A DNA stretch of 63,298 bases, filler included, from Intoshia linei (Eukaryota > Animalia > Orthonectida), in the NCBI GenBank assembly GCA_001642005.1. It is 7 parts of 7 records of this genome, joined end to end, with 100 filler letters (N's around TTAATTAATTAA, not from the genome) between each part and the next. Parts side by side here need not be neighbours in the genome. Positions count along the whole stretch, not along the records: positions 24,418 to 36,656 come from LWCA01001097.1; positions 36,757 to 55,254 come from LWCA01000769.1; 5 more parts are not named here. One strand, given 5' to 3'. The notes under the pieces were generated by a model, which was not told the origin of the DNA, did not search any database, and was given only the letters and a program-made list of their open reading frames with translations. The first letter of the stretch is position 1; each line of letters starts with the position of its first letter. Shown piece by piece: positions 26,010 through 38,470 of the stretch. A program made the position numbers and the translations under genes.

Positions 26010-29000
26010 TCAAATTTCATCATCAATATTTTCATCGTGTTTAGGTATTCTGCGTAATAGCATTTCATTGTGTATTCTCGTAACAAATTCTGGTTTAATA
26101 TCATTTCCAGGATAAACAGTTAAACTATTAATTGATTTGTTATTCCTTAAAAGATTTTCAAACGATTTTTGAGATGCATCTGTAATGTTATTGCCTTCTA
26201 AATCTATTGATTTTGTGTAAATATTGGAAATTAAGGCATCAAACAAAATTTCAATCATTTCATCGTCTAATTTGCAATAATCCAAAGATAAATTCCTAAT
26301 ACGTAAAGTTCCACTTTTAAGCTTGTGAGCTAATGTTTCAATGTCTGATTTTACAATATCATTTCCATTTACCGATAAAGCATTAATAATTTTTTTTTTA
26401 TTTGATTCATTTTCATTGTCAGTGTCGAATATATGTAAAATGTTCTTAATAAAATTTGCTTCAAATTTGTTTGAATTTAAATATAGGGTATCGATTTGTT
26501 TTCGTTGCATTACATCTGATAAAATTTCTAAATCTCCATTATGTAATCCACAATTGCTTAAACTAAATAATTTTATATAAATACTCCTTTTTAAGGCTTA
26601 CGAAATATTTGTGCATTTTTCACAGCATTTTAATAGATTTCTGATATTTTCAATGCATTTTTGAGACAATTGGTTTTGATTCAAATTTAGATGCTACAAT
26701 TAAAATAATTTACATATAAAGTTTATTTCCTCGTTAGCGGAAATTTTATTGATATAAATAAACATTTAAATATAATAAATTAAAATGTATTTACCAAATT
26801 ATCACCAATTTACCATTAAATCAAAAAAATTATTAAATTTTTTTTTTTTTAACCATTATAATTGACAAATTAAATTCTTCAAGTACAGTCAGTTTTTTTT
26901 TGATAAAAAATGACTAGAATATTCTTAAACCCAACCATTTTTACTAAAATCCAACCGTTTTTACTAAAAATCAAAATTTACCAATCTTTAAGGGAAACAT
27001 CGAGTTTTCGTTTTTGAGTTATATCATCCACTACAGACCCAAGTTACAACTGAAATATTAAGATACCATATTATACCTACAAACCATATTACAAAAAAAT
27101 TAGAAATATTATATGGTGTTCACACCAGAGACATATTTATGTTATAATTACATAACAATTATATTACATTTATGGGATACTCCGCAATTTTGTAAAACTG
27201 GATTTTTCCCTTAAAGGTTGGTAAAACTAGAATTTTCCTTTAAAAGTTGGTAAAACTGGAATTTTTGTTTTTAGGTTTAGTAAATTTTGATTTTTAGTAA
27301 AAATGGTTGGATTTAAGTAAAAATTTATAAATCCTTAAATATAAAATCCACTTTTATCAACATTTTAGGGAAAATTCCACTTTTACCAAGTCTTAAGGGA
27401 AATGCCACTATTACCAACCGACCACTTTGGTAAAATAAAATTAAAATAGAAACAACCACTTTGGTAAAAGTGATTCTTTCCCTTAAGGGTTGGTAAAACT
27501 GGAATTTTCTTAAAGGGTTGTTAAAATTGAATTTTCCCTCAAGGGTTGGTAAATTTTGATTGTTAGCAAAAATAGTTGGATTTAAGAATATTCTCAAAAT
27601 AAATTAACCAAAAAAATAAGATTTCGATACAATAGTGCTCATCTATTCTCCAACATTAAAAATTTATTTTTTTTATTCTGTCATTAAATCATAAACCCCA
27701 AAAAAATAACCTTTTTTTTTTTAAATAAGAAAAATACTTTTCTCGTTAATAAAGAATTAGATTATATATAAAAACAGTCTATTTTTTAATATTCCAGCTT
27801 CATGAATCATAATTTATAATGAATACAAAATTACTTGTACGGTTTGATGAAAACGTTGATTAGAAATAATTTTTTGTAAAATTTGATCAGTTTGATCAGA
27901 TGAAATATTGCAATTATTTATAGATATGGATGTCATAATTTCACTGTTCTCTATAAACTGTAAAATATCCAAGAAATTGTCTTCTGTAATATTGATAGAA
28001 TTAAGAATCAATTTATTTTTATTTTTTAAAAGAGAATCGGTTAATTTTCTATTGAAATTTTCAGGTTTTGTTATATTAGAATTATTAATTAAATTTGCAT
28101 TATTTTTTACATTTTCAGCGTCTTTACCTAAAAAAATTAAATGGAAAGTGATATAAAGTAATGCAGTGGTCGTCAAATGGAAACAAAAATGGAAACTGAT
28201 TATTATTGAGCGGCAATTATCAGTATTCACCTGAGTTTGAATTATACTGCTGCGTAGCGTAAGAATAATTTTAACAAACAAATGAAGTTAATGTTCTTGA
28301 AACGATAACGAAATAAAACGATTTTTTTTTGGTGGTCGATTGATTGTTCGTTGAAATTTTATTTAATTTGTAATTATGGATATTAACTCAACGATTGAGG
28401 ACGAGGTAATGTCAGAATTGGGTTCACATCAACCAGAAGGAGATCTACCCCAAAAGGACATTGACCAGTCACAAAAACAGGAGGTTAGTAATTCTATTAT
28501 TAACGCGTTGGAAATAGGTTATGCTACGGGGCATATGGAAGAATTTATTGATAAATTCCAAAGATATGCAGAATGGCATAAATGGAATCGGGTGACCAAG
28601 TTGGCTCTTTTGAAATTGATTATTTCAAAAAAAGAGGGTGAGAGAATAACTAGTATTCTAGGTAACGAGTGCGGAAATGTGGATCTTTGGATCAAGGTTT
28701 TGTAAAAAACGTTTGGGGCCTTTTGACAGATTAAATAAGTCATTCGTGCTTTTTAAAACACGAATAACTCGGGATAACAAAATAGAGGACGCAGCTCGTG
28801 AGATGGGTGCCGATATTAAGGAGGCAATCCTGGGGATCACTGACAAACAGATTGAGGGGTTTGTCGAGCAAGAGGTGCTCTATCGTGTGAAACAGGTTAA
28901 ACCAGAGGTTGCCATGATAGCGCGCATGTGGGCTACACCAGGTAGTACGACAATTTATGATAGATTGTCTACTATCTTAGGGGGTGTAGATTTACGTTTA

Positions 29001-32000
29001 GAAGCTTCAAGAGACATTTTGCGAACCAACAAGGAAGATGTGAAGCAACGTAATTTCAGGGAGTGGGTGCCAAAAAGCCAGCTGCAATGCCATCAATACG
29101 GGGAATATGGACACATTGCCAGGAATTGCTTAGAGGATACTAGGCCGTGGAAGGAAAAATCAATCAATGGGCCTCGGTCAGAACGGGGGATGTAGCGATT
29201 ACATCACTATGGGATGACGAAGGAATGAAAGATCACTTCGAACTAATTTATATATTTGTCAAGCTTTATTAAAATTTTCTTTTCAAATGTTGTTAATTCT
29301 GATAATCATCACACATTATACAAATATTTGATACCCTGTTGAATTCGTGCAAAATGTAAGACCATATAAATTTCTGCCCACTTAAATATACATTAACCAT
29401 TTAGATAAAATTTTTTGTGGTTTTAAGGAATTAAAGATCACTTCGAACTAATTTATATATTTTTCAAACTTTATTAAAATATTTTGAAATATTGTTTATT
29501 CTGATAATCGTCACAGTATTAAAATTTAAAAATTTGTTTAATAATTATAGTTCATCAACTTTATCATCTCGAAAAAGTAGAGTACTCCATCTCATTTCAC
29601 CATCATTCGTGATACACAAATGTAATGATTCATTAAAAATTGTAATTATTATTAATTTTTTTGGGGGTCCACAGCGAAAAAGGGTTGAGAATGCCTGATA
29701 TACAATGTATAACAAATATGTACTACACCACATGAAAAAATTGTTTTGTAAAAAATGTAAAATTATCGTGCCACAACACAATGTACGTTGGCGAACACTG
29801 AATTAATATAATAAATAATACAATATATACCTCCTGAAATGCTTTTGTCTGATAATATATCAAAATCTATAAAAATATATTTTGTGTATTATAAAATTAA
29901 TAATTAATAATTAGAAATAACCTTTTAATGAACTGAACGATTCCTCATCGGATGTGGTGTCATCAGGCATGCTATATATTTCATTAAATGTATTTTTTTT
30001 GTCAAATATGCTATTTATTGATTCAACATATTCATTATTGTTATCTTTGCTTTCTTTACTATGGGAAGACTTTTCACTAATTTCATCACGGTCAAGTATA
30101 AAAGACGTATGATGCTTATTATTAGGAGAATTTTGGGTATCATAATCTACTATCGAATTCTTTTCACTTTCATCATGTGATTTTATAGCTTCAATAACAA
30201 TTTTTTTTTCTTTATTTTTAAAGACTTTTATTTTATTAGGCACTTTGACAGGTTTATTCATCTGATTTACTGGTGGTTTCTTCATTTTACCTACTTTCTT
30301 GGGTTTGGCTGATTGGCATCTTTCTTTTTTATTTTTTTCTGAACCTTGGCTCGATATTGGTTTAGTGGGTTTATCTATTATTGGATTTGTTAAAGTATCA
30401 TTATCATTCCTTTCAATTTTTAATGTTCCTACATTATAGGTTTTAAATTATCATTATTTTTATATATTCGTAAATATTTACCTTTATTATTTAATGACGT
30501 CATTTCAGTAACTTTAATATTTTCAGAGTAGCCTTTTTCTTCTTCCTTTGGAATTCTAACTAAAAATTTATTTATATACAATGTATTCATATACATATTA
30601 GCTTATAGTATTAGCTTGATAGTAATTTACTTCGTACAAAACTTCATACCTATATAGTCCTGCCGAAAAATAAATTCATAATATAATCTTACAAGGAGTG
30701 GTTCTTTAAATGAGTGTTTACCAAATTTGTTCCACCCATAACACTCAGTTCACATTAAATTAAATTTATAGTCAATTATTCCTACAAATTTTCAAATTTT
30801 AATTTTAACATTTAAAATAGTTATGATACTCAAGACTATAAATTTTTTAATGCTCAATTTGGAAAAAATGAGGCCCCCATTTTACAAAAATTTCGTCAGA
30901 GCCTCCCGAATACAACTCTTGGATACGGTAGGTTTGGCCCTAGGTGTTTGTGCCAAATACATACCCATCAAGCTAGAATTATAATATAATTATTTAATAG
31001 TACCTGAAATCATTGATATAGTACTAGAATGAATAGTTTCACTTAAGTCTGTGGATAACTAAATGTAATTTAATAAAAAGTTAAAAATATAAAAAAAAGT
31101 ATTATCAAACTCAAAAAAAGATCTCATTAAAAATATGACATGTTTTTATATATTTTGTAGTTAAAAAAATGTCAAAAATTTTTTCAAAATTTATAGAGTA
31201 ATTATTGAGATATTTGAGTTTTAATTTAATTAATATTTAGTATAATTAATAAATGTATTGTGATGTGATGTAATAATACTGTTTTAATGTATTATTGATA
31301 TTATTTCGGTAACTGTACAATGCGCAGTGCGCATCATACATATCTATAATTTTGAAATAATTTATTTATTATACCCCTATTCACTTTTTAAATGAAATTA
31401 GTTAGATTGTCGTCAAAAAGATGAAAAATGTTATTCAGTGAAATTTATTGTTGAAACTGTATGGCATACACTGTGTGTAGTTATTCAAAAAATGTATATT
31501 ATTTTAAATAACGGTGTTAGTTCACCTTCAAAAATTTTGAATAATCTTTTATATTCCTAAAGTTCTAATCACTATCAAATTTCCGAACCCCATATAAAGG
31601 AATAATTTTCATGTAATGCATTCAAGATAAAATAGAAAATAAGTCATAATAAAAAAAAATACCTTGTCAAATGATTCATTGTTGTAATCATCTACATTTA
31701 TTTGGATTAAAATTATAACTATAATAATAAAGTGTAGTATATAAAATTTTATAAGTTTTTCAATTCTGTATCGCGTAAATCAGTGGTGCACAAGCTTTTT
31801 GTTGACAACCGCGTAATTAAAAATTTTTACAATAAAAATATTAAACATTGTATTAATAAAAATAATGTTCATCAATAAATGTATTGGAATCTTTTTAAAT
31901 ATCCATTTTATTTATTAATACTATGATTATTAATGTCTTAATACATACATTGTTAATTAATGTATATCTTGAAAAAAATTGCATTTTTGTTGACTTTAGA

Positions 32001-35000
32001 AAATTTTTGTGGGACAAATACGACTATGTCTGCATTTTGTGAATCACTGGTGTGTAATGTGAAATATTTTAAATTAGTATATATTTATATGAATATTATA
32101 TAGGATGGACAGCTCACTTATGGTGAGCTACAATAGGCAAATTAATAATATTTTAAATATATTTAATATTAATTATAATTATTATCAGTGTACTATTAAT
32201 AGTAAATAAATTCACCTGATATTGTGTTATTTTCTTTGGATGATTCTTTTTGATATTTTAAGGGTATTATTGGACTAGTCTTGACTTCTAAAATTTTATA
32301 AAATTACATTTTATCTAAATTCATGTTTATTATAATGATTTGAATCGTACAATTTTATTTAAATCGATATTAATTACTTTTTTTTTTTTTCTTTTTGTTC
32401 TTCTTTACATCATAATTTTCTGTAATACATCTATGATTTAATTATAATAAATACGGGAATCATTTACTTAAAACATGGTTGTGCTCCTTTAATTGCTACT
32501 ATACTGAAATAATTGTTTTCTCCAAGTTTTTTACATATTGTATGTTTGTATTCACAACAAACATTAATTCTTGTATAGGCAATATCATTCACATATACAG
32601 TTACACTAAATGGAAATCCTCTATGTCGCCGAGAATAAAATGTAAAATTAGCTAAAATCATGTAGTTAAAACATAATATAATACACATTTTGGTTCGATG
32701 ATTTCGTTCACTCATAATTAATTTTTTGTCATTTTTATAATATAAAAAGGGTTGGTAAAACTTAAGTTTTCCCTAAAGGGTTAGTAAATTTCGATTTTTA
32801 GAAAAATGGTTGGATTTAAGTAGAAACCCATATATAAATATATTTTTACCTTTTCATTAAAATTTAATAAAGTTTTTGGGAAAAATGTATTTTTTCAACA
32901 CTAACGGGGAACATGCTTCCAAGTAAATCTGTTGAAACCCGTGTAGTCATTAAATCTTAACGTAATAATCATGTATAGCCTCTAGAGAAGGGGTTTTCAC
33001 CATTTTTGACGAATAGGAATATTTGTAATTTTAATAGTTTCGTAAGCACCAAGTTAATTACGTTTTGTCCTGTGTGTATCTGTGATATACAGTTTATTTC
33101 AATAACTAAGAATCTTAGACTTGTAAAAAAGAAAAACTGTCTGTCAGTTTTTTTCTGCTCTCAGAAACTTACATCTTGCCAGTCAAAAACCTCAATTATA
33201 CTTTTTTTAAAAATCAAACATTACCAAAAATTAAAAAAATATAAAATCTGATATAGATTTTAAAATCATGAACATCAGCATAAATGTCAGTTTATAAAAA
33301 GTATGTCTTCAAAGCCAAAACCACAAATTACCCTTATATTTCAAAATAAAAAATAATAAAAAATAAATTTTGTGATATTTTTGAAAATAATAAGCATTAT
33401 CATAAATAATAATAAACAACCTCAAAAATTGCATTTTCACGATCAAAACCGATATTATCATTTTTTTTAAAAATTAAAATAGTTTCAGAATTTAAAAAAA
33501 GACTCTTCTGATACAGCTCATTCCAGTTAATATAGATATAAAATTTGAACCTCACAAATCCAACCATTCCCGGTCAAAAACTGATGCTACAGTTTTATCT
33601 ACCAATATTTAGTAAAATGTAAATTTATTTATTTTTTTTAATTTGTTTGTTTTGTATATAAAATTGAATTTATATGTGCAGGAATTAGAAATAATTGATT
33701 GCAATCAATTATTTTGTATAAACCAATTATTATCAATCTTCAATTAATTCAAATTTTTCATTTTAATCAAGCTATTTAATATATTTATTTATATAATATA
33801 TATAATTTATTTATATATTAATTAGAAAATATTTTTTCATTTTTCAATTAATTGCAATTATTTCATATAAATTAATTAATTGAAAAATAATTTTTGAACA
33901 AACAATTACAATTTCAATTGTAATTGATTATTGTTTAATAATTTTTACTAATTAATTGCAATTAAATTGGTTGCAATCAATTAATTCTAATCCTTGTATA
34001 TGTGTGCGTTAAAATTAATTAAAAAATTAAACGTCTTAGACTTAAAAAGTCCAATTTATATTAAAATTTTTTGAAAGGGATTTTTTTCGCAAATTTCATT
34101 TTCAAAAATTGAGGATTTAGGGTCAAAACCAAAAGTACCTTTTTATTTAATTGAAAAAAGTCGCAAAATTTTTAAGAGCAAAAGTTCTGGGACAATTTTT
34201 AAATAATGTTTAAATAACTAAGAATTTATAGTATAGATTACAATAAATTTGATTGTAATAAAGAAAATTTTTTTTATAAAAACTTAAATTTCATTGTGCC
34301 CAGTGCGTACAGCCCACGACACGATAAATGGCTACCCGCGGGTAGGTGGATGATGGGTCGACTCTAAATCAGTGTTTCAACGAAAAAAAAACAAAAAAAT
34401 AAGCATTTATAGTAGTATTCCCAAAAAATTTTGCGTTATTCCATACTTTAAAATTTTTTTTAATGTCTGGCATAACCCCCTCATAACCTACATAACTGTA
34501 TTTTAGATTATTTTTTTAAAAAATATTAATTTTAAATAAGTATTTATGAAATTATATAGATTTGCTTATCGTTCATTTAAGATATGACAATAAAAAATGA
34601 AAATGTGAATTATCATATTAGAATTGTTTTTAATAAAATTCAAAGGACAACCAATTTATCGTAACATTTAAATTAATTAATGATAAAAACTGTATTTGAA
34701 TGCTACACTAGTAATGATTGATAAATAATTACAATTTGGTTTGACTTTTTTTGAAAAAATAATTATCGAATTGCCGCCACAATGTTGTTGCAAAACCTTA
34801 ATATAATCATGTTTATATGACTCCACCGCCAAATTATTAGTTTCATTGTGTGGTTTTCTATGGTATCGCATAGTTACACGGCAAAATGTTTGAATTTTTT
34901 CTTGATTTTTGAGGGCTGGTTCCGATCGATGCAATATTAATTCACCCTAATTATATTTTATCGAAAAATATATGCACTACACTATTGTATGTACTAATTT

Positions 35001-35319
35001 TGATACATGTTAACATGATAATGTCAACTTGACATATTGTATTTAATAATTCAATTAATGGACGACACGAATATGTAGTAAGTTTATATTATTTACATAT
35101 TCTAAATTACAGAAAGTCGAGCACTGTCATAATATGACAGTCATATTGAGAATATAAATTAAAAAAATTAATTACTACATTTTCAGTGTCTTTCTTTTTT
35201 TTTACTTTCTTGTGTTTATAGAGTTTCAAGTAATTTAATTCGGGCTCAGATATCAAATTTTTATTGTAAGGTGATTTATCAATAGATTTTTTGTTTTCAC
35301 TTAGATAATTATGTGGCAT
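26010..35319 (-). CDS. ERICH3: ERICH3/DUF4590 protein with low-complexity linker and C-terminal RI-like LRRs, multi-exon; 5' end uncertain
   Basis: VLQQHCGGNS (about 34790) and FYSRRHRGFPFSVTVYVN...CCEYKH...GAQPCFKC (about 32650-32430) are DUF4590. Phase-compatible exons continue through 30429-29922 and 28126-27835 to LRRs HLNLNQNQL, LSNCGL, LSVNGNDI, LSLDYCKL, IDLEGNNI. Confidence 0.8.
26916..27594. mobile_element. Foldback-like element with about 29-bp tandem subrepeats in its inverted arms
   Basis: AGAATATTCTTAAACCCAACC...AAATTTACCAA is inverted at 27530-27594; internal units GGTAAAACTGGATTTTTCCCTTAAAGGTT. Confidence 0.7.
28376..29195 (+). mobile_element. LTR-retrotransposon gag (frameshifted) inside an ERICH3 intron
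   Basis: EEFIDKFQRYAEWHKW...KLALL and zinc knuckle CHQYGEYGHIARNC; two overlapping ORFs joined by a frameshift near 28700. Confidence 0.8.
31781..32049. mobile_element. hAT-type MITE
   Basis: TIRs CAGTGGTGCACAA / TTGTGAATCACTG. Confidence 0.55.
33070..33620 (+). repeat. Diverged Helitron-family copy
   Basis: (TG)n followed by family 5'/internal motifs such as AAAACCACAAATTACCC. Confidence 0.55.
33679..33996. mobile_element. hAT-type MITE with perfect 8-bp TSD
   Basis: TATATGTG on both flanks; TIRs CAGGAATTAGAAATAATTGATTGCAATCAATT / AATTGGTTGCAATCAATTAATTCTAATCCTTG. Confidence 0.85.
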
Positions 35320-35389
35320 GATTATATCAAATAATTTGGTTGAATTTAACTAAAAACTTGTATAAATTATAATTATTATTATTATACAT

Positions 35390-36656
35390 TAGGGTGTTAC
35401 ACGTATTTAAGAATCTAAGACGAACGGAACGTATCCTGTTAATTTTAATGGAAAAATTAATAATCTGGAATATAATATTCTAAAAATGCTTATTCGAGTG
35501 GGGTTGGAGAAAAATGTAATTAAAACATATTTTCTTTTATCAATTGGAATTTAATGACCAGAAGGTGCGGAAATGAAATGGTTGGAACATATGTTGGTTT
35601 GGCATTTAATGAGAGCAAGTTACCCACACACAATGATGTAATTTGTCATATATTATTATTAAAAAATGACAATAAAAAATTACCAATAACAAAAATTTGT
35701 CGAGAAACCGCCAAAAAAATATTTAACATTTATAGCAAAACGGGATTAAATATATGTTGTTTGGCACGTATTGTATTTAAACTCAATGAAATTTTCAGAA
35801 AATTTCGAAATGCTGGAAGAAACCCTAATGCAAATGTATCTAAAGAATTTGTGATTAAATTAGACTTTTTATTTGAGGTATTTACAATATTTATTATTTC
35901 AAAATATATAAATGTTTAGGTGGTTAAATCTGATCAGAGACGAGCAACTGAGGCAGATATCAATTTCCTACAGAACCAAAGGGATGGGAGAGGATATATG
36001 GGCAATTCTCAAAGTGAAAATCCCTATGAGATCCATATCTCTGTTATTAGTAAAAAAGAAAGAATCATGTTGAAGGAAAAAAAATTCTAGAATTAAACGT
36101 CAGAATGGATGCTACTTTAAGTCATCGTTTTATTATGATAAACCAATTGATAACAGTATATCGGAGTATCATTATGACGCTGAATTGGAATGTAAAAAGT
36201 TTCGTGTGTGTGATTCTAAATTGATATCATTAACAGGTGCTGGTTCATTAATGGTAAATTAATTCATGACATTATATAAGTACATTTAGGGTACATCATA
36301 TGAAACCAATAGACGAAGGAGAATTTTGAATCGATATAGATATTGAAATTGTACAATGTTTGATCAGTGAATTTAAAAATATAGTTATATATTTTGATGG
36401 AAAACAATTTAGAGAATATAAAAGAATTGCAGTTGTAGCAATTGACACTGAAACAAAAATAGAAATTGTGTTGAAAGTACGCAAACAGTATGGTTCCAAG
36501 GGAGTTACTACCGGCTGCCACAGTTTTTAAAATTTTAAAAGATTGCAATGTCACTGAAAGAGTTGTTGGGTTAAGTTTTGACACAACTGCGGCTAATACA
36601 GAATGTCGAAATGGTAGTGTAAAATTTATTAAAGATTATTTAAATCATGAAATTGT
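35390..36656 (+). mobile_element. hATm-type DNA transposon, left part, degenerate
   Basis: Terminus TAGGGTG; SKLPTHNDV...LDFLFE N-terminus; YFDGK...KRIAVV; GLSFDTTAANT motif. Confidence 0.8.
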
Positions 36657-36799
36657 NNNNNNNNNNNNNNNNNNNNNNNNNNNNNNNNNNNNNNNNNNNN
36701 TTAATTAATTAANNNNNNNNNNNNNNNNNNNNNNNNNNNNNNNNNNNNNNNNNNNNTTTATAATAAAGTTACAATAAAAACGACATTACTTATGAAACG

Positions 36800-37300
36800 A
36801 CCTAATATTTGAAAAATATTGATTGATAATATATTAAAAATTATTTTTCATAAGGAATGCGTAGATTTCTCGGGTTGAACTTTTGTATTTATATCAACTG
36901 GAATAAGCTCTATCATAATAATTTTTTTTTTTAATTTTCATACCGTTAATTATTTCACATTTTTTGATTTAATAAAATATTTTGGAAAAAAATATATGAA
37001 TACTAAAATGCTTTTTTGACCATGAAGTCGTCACTTATTTGGATTGAAATTTTTTGTGTGCATTAATAGGATACAAATGTAAAACCTGTAAATTTTTTGA
37101 AATTTTCCAACTCGTTTGATTTTCAAAAAGAGGGACAACTGGGGTTTTTGACCCGTAAGATGTGAAATTGGGAGGTTGAAATGTATCTTATTATACGTCC
37201 CGGAAAAAACTGTAATTAAAATGTGGTTTTTATAAAATTCAAGATTGTTAGTTATTGAAATAAACGATAACACACACACAGACACAAAAACCATATTATA
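36800..37300 (-). mobile_element. Helitron-family copy (5' half)
   Basis: Reverse complement of 3250-3790, including the (CA)n tract. Confidence 0.7.
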
Positions 37301-37314
37301 TACAATATGTATAT

Positions 37315-37882
37315 TAGGGTGTCGCATTTTTTTTAAATTTTTAGAATTTAATGGGCGGTTAGTAATCAATGTGTGTATTTTTAAAATAGAAGCATTATGT
37401 CGCAATTAAAAATATCTAATGATACTTATCCGAGTTGCGCTCATCATTTGAAATATCCTTTTGAAAATAGTATAAAAAAATTTAAATTTAACTTTATTTT
37501 TTTCAAAAACAACATTGTGGTAAGTTTTCATGGTTTATATTTTATGGTTTCAACACCCACGCTTAACTATACATTTAAATTTTTCAAATTTGATTCTAGC
37601 TCGATTTTTGTGGTTTTTATCGACGTTCAAATTTCGGATAGATTGAAAATTTTATAAACATTATTTCATAAATAACCGAAATTTGAACGTTCATAAAAAT
37701 CACAAAAATCGAGCTAGAATCAAATTTTAAAAATTTAAATGTATAGTTAAGCGTGGGTGTTGAAACAATAAAATATAAACCATGAAAACTTACCACAATG
37801 TTGTTTTTGTAAAATATAAAGTTAACTTTAAATTTTTCTTGACTATTTTCAAAAGGATATTTATAATGCTGAGCGCAATTCG
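37315..37882. mobile_element. Palindromic (foldback) non-autonomous element with hATm-like TAGGGTG end
   Basis: 37431-37637 is a near-perfect reverse complement of 37676-37882; a second partial copy lies at 45059-45298. Confidence 0.85.
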
Positions 37883-38470
37883 AATCGGCATCTTTGCAAC
37901 ACTACATTCTAGATTATTTTATATATCATGATAATACACCATTTCCGCACTAACCACCCGTAATTCTTTTATGGGTGTGACACAGTGCTGGTAGTGCTTC
38001 AGTGAGTCACAGATGAAAAATAAACACTCTATTACAGTTATTAACCAATGTTTAATCAAAATTTTAACGCCTTATTAACCATACTAAGTAAATAACGTAT
38101 CTAACGAGTATGTAACTTAATTAACGTTTATTACAAATTATAAGATGTATATTAATAAATTTATACAAATGTAAATGACAAATTAATCTTAATACCATTT
38201 AATAAACAGATGTAATTATCTAAATTTCAACCTAAAGTATCGGCTCAAGAGATAAATTAATTTATAAATATAATCCTTTTTAGTACAAAAGAAAATCCTA
38301 TGATACCAAGCTACGCGAGTGTATAAATGAATATTTAAATAGATACAATATTGAATAAATTGAAATTATCATGTTAAAATTTATTTGCATAAAGAAATAT
38401 CAACAATTGTTTAATTTATATTATATATATATTAAGTAAAGTATATTGTTTGAAATAAAATGTTTAAATT

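Noticed and set aside
27190-27560. Regular 29-bp repeats resembling a CRISPR array
   Set aside because: Degenerate tandem units with no unique spacers, no cas genes, in a eukaryotic intron.
26341-28156. Plus-strand ORFs 26341-26580 and 27908-28156 (also 50421-50645)
   Set aside because: Antisense shadows of real minus-strand exons.
28690-28715. Possible programmed ribosomal frameshift in gag
   Set aside because: It lies mid-gag rather than at a gag-pol junction, and the zinc knuckle is also mutated (C to Y), so decay is more likely.
37031-37657. ORF-track entries of 124 and 86 aa (likewise 2496-2720, 18228-18560, 27325-27597, 33006-33251, 39984-40205)
   Set aside because: Chance frames within AT-rich non-autonomous repeats, with no recognisable motifs.
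37905-38360. Exon-like blocks on the plus strand
   Set aside because: Could not be joined into a consistent open frame; no homology recognised.
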